In this document: piece by piece, positions 63,097 to 64,000 of the stretch | Layout: every line of letters begins with the position of its first letter | Numbering within the stretch: the stretch's first letter is position 1 | Assembly: GCA_013265495.1 (NCBI GenBank) | Contig: MU058444.1 | Span: 1,798,001-1,862,000, forward strand | DNA: 64,000 nucleotides | Direction of reading: 5' to 3' | Source of the DNA: Vicugna vicugna | Lineage: Eukaryota | The notes under the pieces: model-generated | What the model saw: only the letters and a program-made list of their open reading frames with translations | Database searches by the model: none | Told to the model about the DNA's origin: nothing | Program-made: the position numbers and the translations under genes

Positions 63097-63814
63097 GGGT
63101 GATACAGATTTTTGGTACTTGGCCTTTTCACCTATCACGGATCACCTGGAGACATGATGGAGCCACTGGGATCTCTGAGCACTAGCCGTATTATGGGGTG
63201 TCACTACAGACAAAGACCATTTAACCGAAAAAAAAAATCAATGCAGCTGGGACTTATTTAAAGCCAGTATCATAACTGTTGTAGACACACTGACTGCCTA
63301 TAAACAAGGCAAATGCCTGAATGTACATTAAAAAAAAACCTGACTTTTTCTTTTCCCCAAGATGTCTGATTATTCAATACAGAACAGCCACATTCTGTTC
63401 CTTAAGGGCTACTGCTTCACAAAGGGCCCCGAGCTACTCCCTGTTTGTGGAGCCTATGTCCTCCATCTCTGACAGTCCTTCCCACCTCAGGCCACCCTCC
63501 TGCCTCTTCTTGGGTCCCACGGGGGCAGATAACTCAGAGACCCGCCAGCCAGCCTGGAGGTAGCTTGATACAGAAGCTCTACACAAACGTAGCCAAGGGT
63601 GACTAGTTGCAATAATGAGATGCTCTCATTCTGAAATTTAAACGTAGCATTATGGAGAGAATCAGTCTGTTGATGGCACGAATAGATATGAGAAGGAAAT
63701 GCAGAGACCTCTGGTTCCTTCTCCTGAGGGGCCACTAGAAAGGCCTACCTTTAGATCTGGGTTGAGTCTTGAATTTTTCCCACCGAGGGGCCATTAGGAA
63801 GGCCCAACTTTTTG

Positions 63815-64000
63815 CACAATATCTCTAACTATCAGAGAAATGCAAATCAAAACTCCAGTGAATTATCACCTCACACTGGTCAGAGTGACCATCATTAAAA
63901 AGTCTACAAATGATAAATGCTGGAGAGGGTGTGGAGAAAAGGGAACCCTCCTACACTGTTGGTGGGAATGCAGTTTGGTGCAATCATTATGGAAAACAGT
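63815..64000 (+). mobile_element. L1 ORF2 3' fragment running off the window end
   Basis: atcagagaaatgcaaatcaaaac...gctggagagggtgtggagaaaagggaaccctcctacactgttggtgggaatg. Confidence 0.93.

Overview
Mammalian genomic DNA, very likely camelid: seven copies of a tRNA-Ala-derived SINE resembling Vic-1, and no Alu, B1 or Bov-tA seen. It is mostly intronic/intergenic and repeat-rich (L1, L2, CR1/L3, MIR, MaLR and ERV1-type LTRs, hAT and Tigger DNA elements, micro/minisatellites). I find no intact, recognisable protein-coding exon. Gene structure supported by sequence: a CpG-island promoter at about 12.4-13.4 kb for a minus-strand gene whose next exon appears to start at window base 1, with candidate small exons in between. 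Two further CpG-rich, TATA-bearing candidate promoters point away from each other (about 43.5 kb minus, about 47.5 kb plus). The most informative structure is a near-full-length, disabled pogo/Tigger transposon (about 57.3-60.5 kb) whose transposase can be rejoined across two nested insertions. I could not name the host gene and found no convincing evidence of a novel biological system. Repeat subfamily names come from memory of consensus sequences and need RepeatMasker/Dfam confirmation; repeat boundaries are approximate unless TSDs are given.
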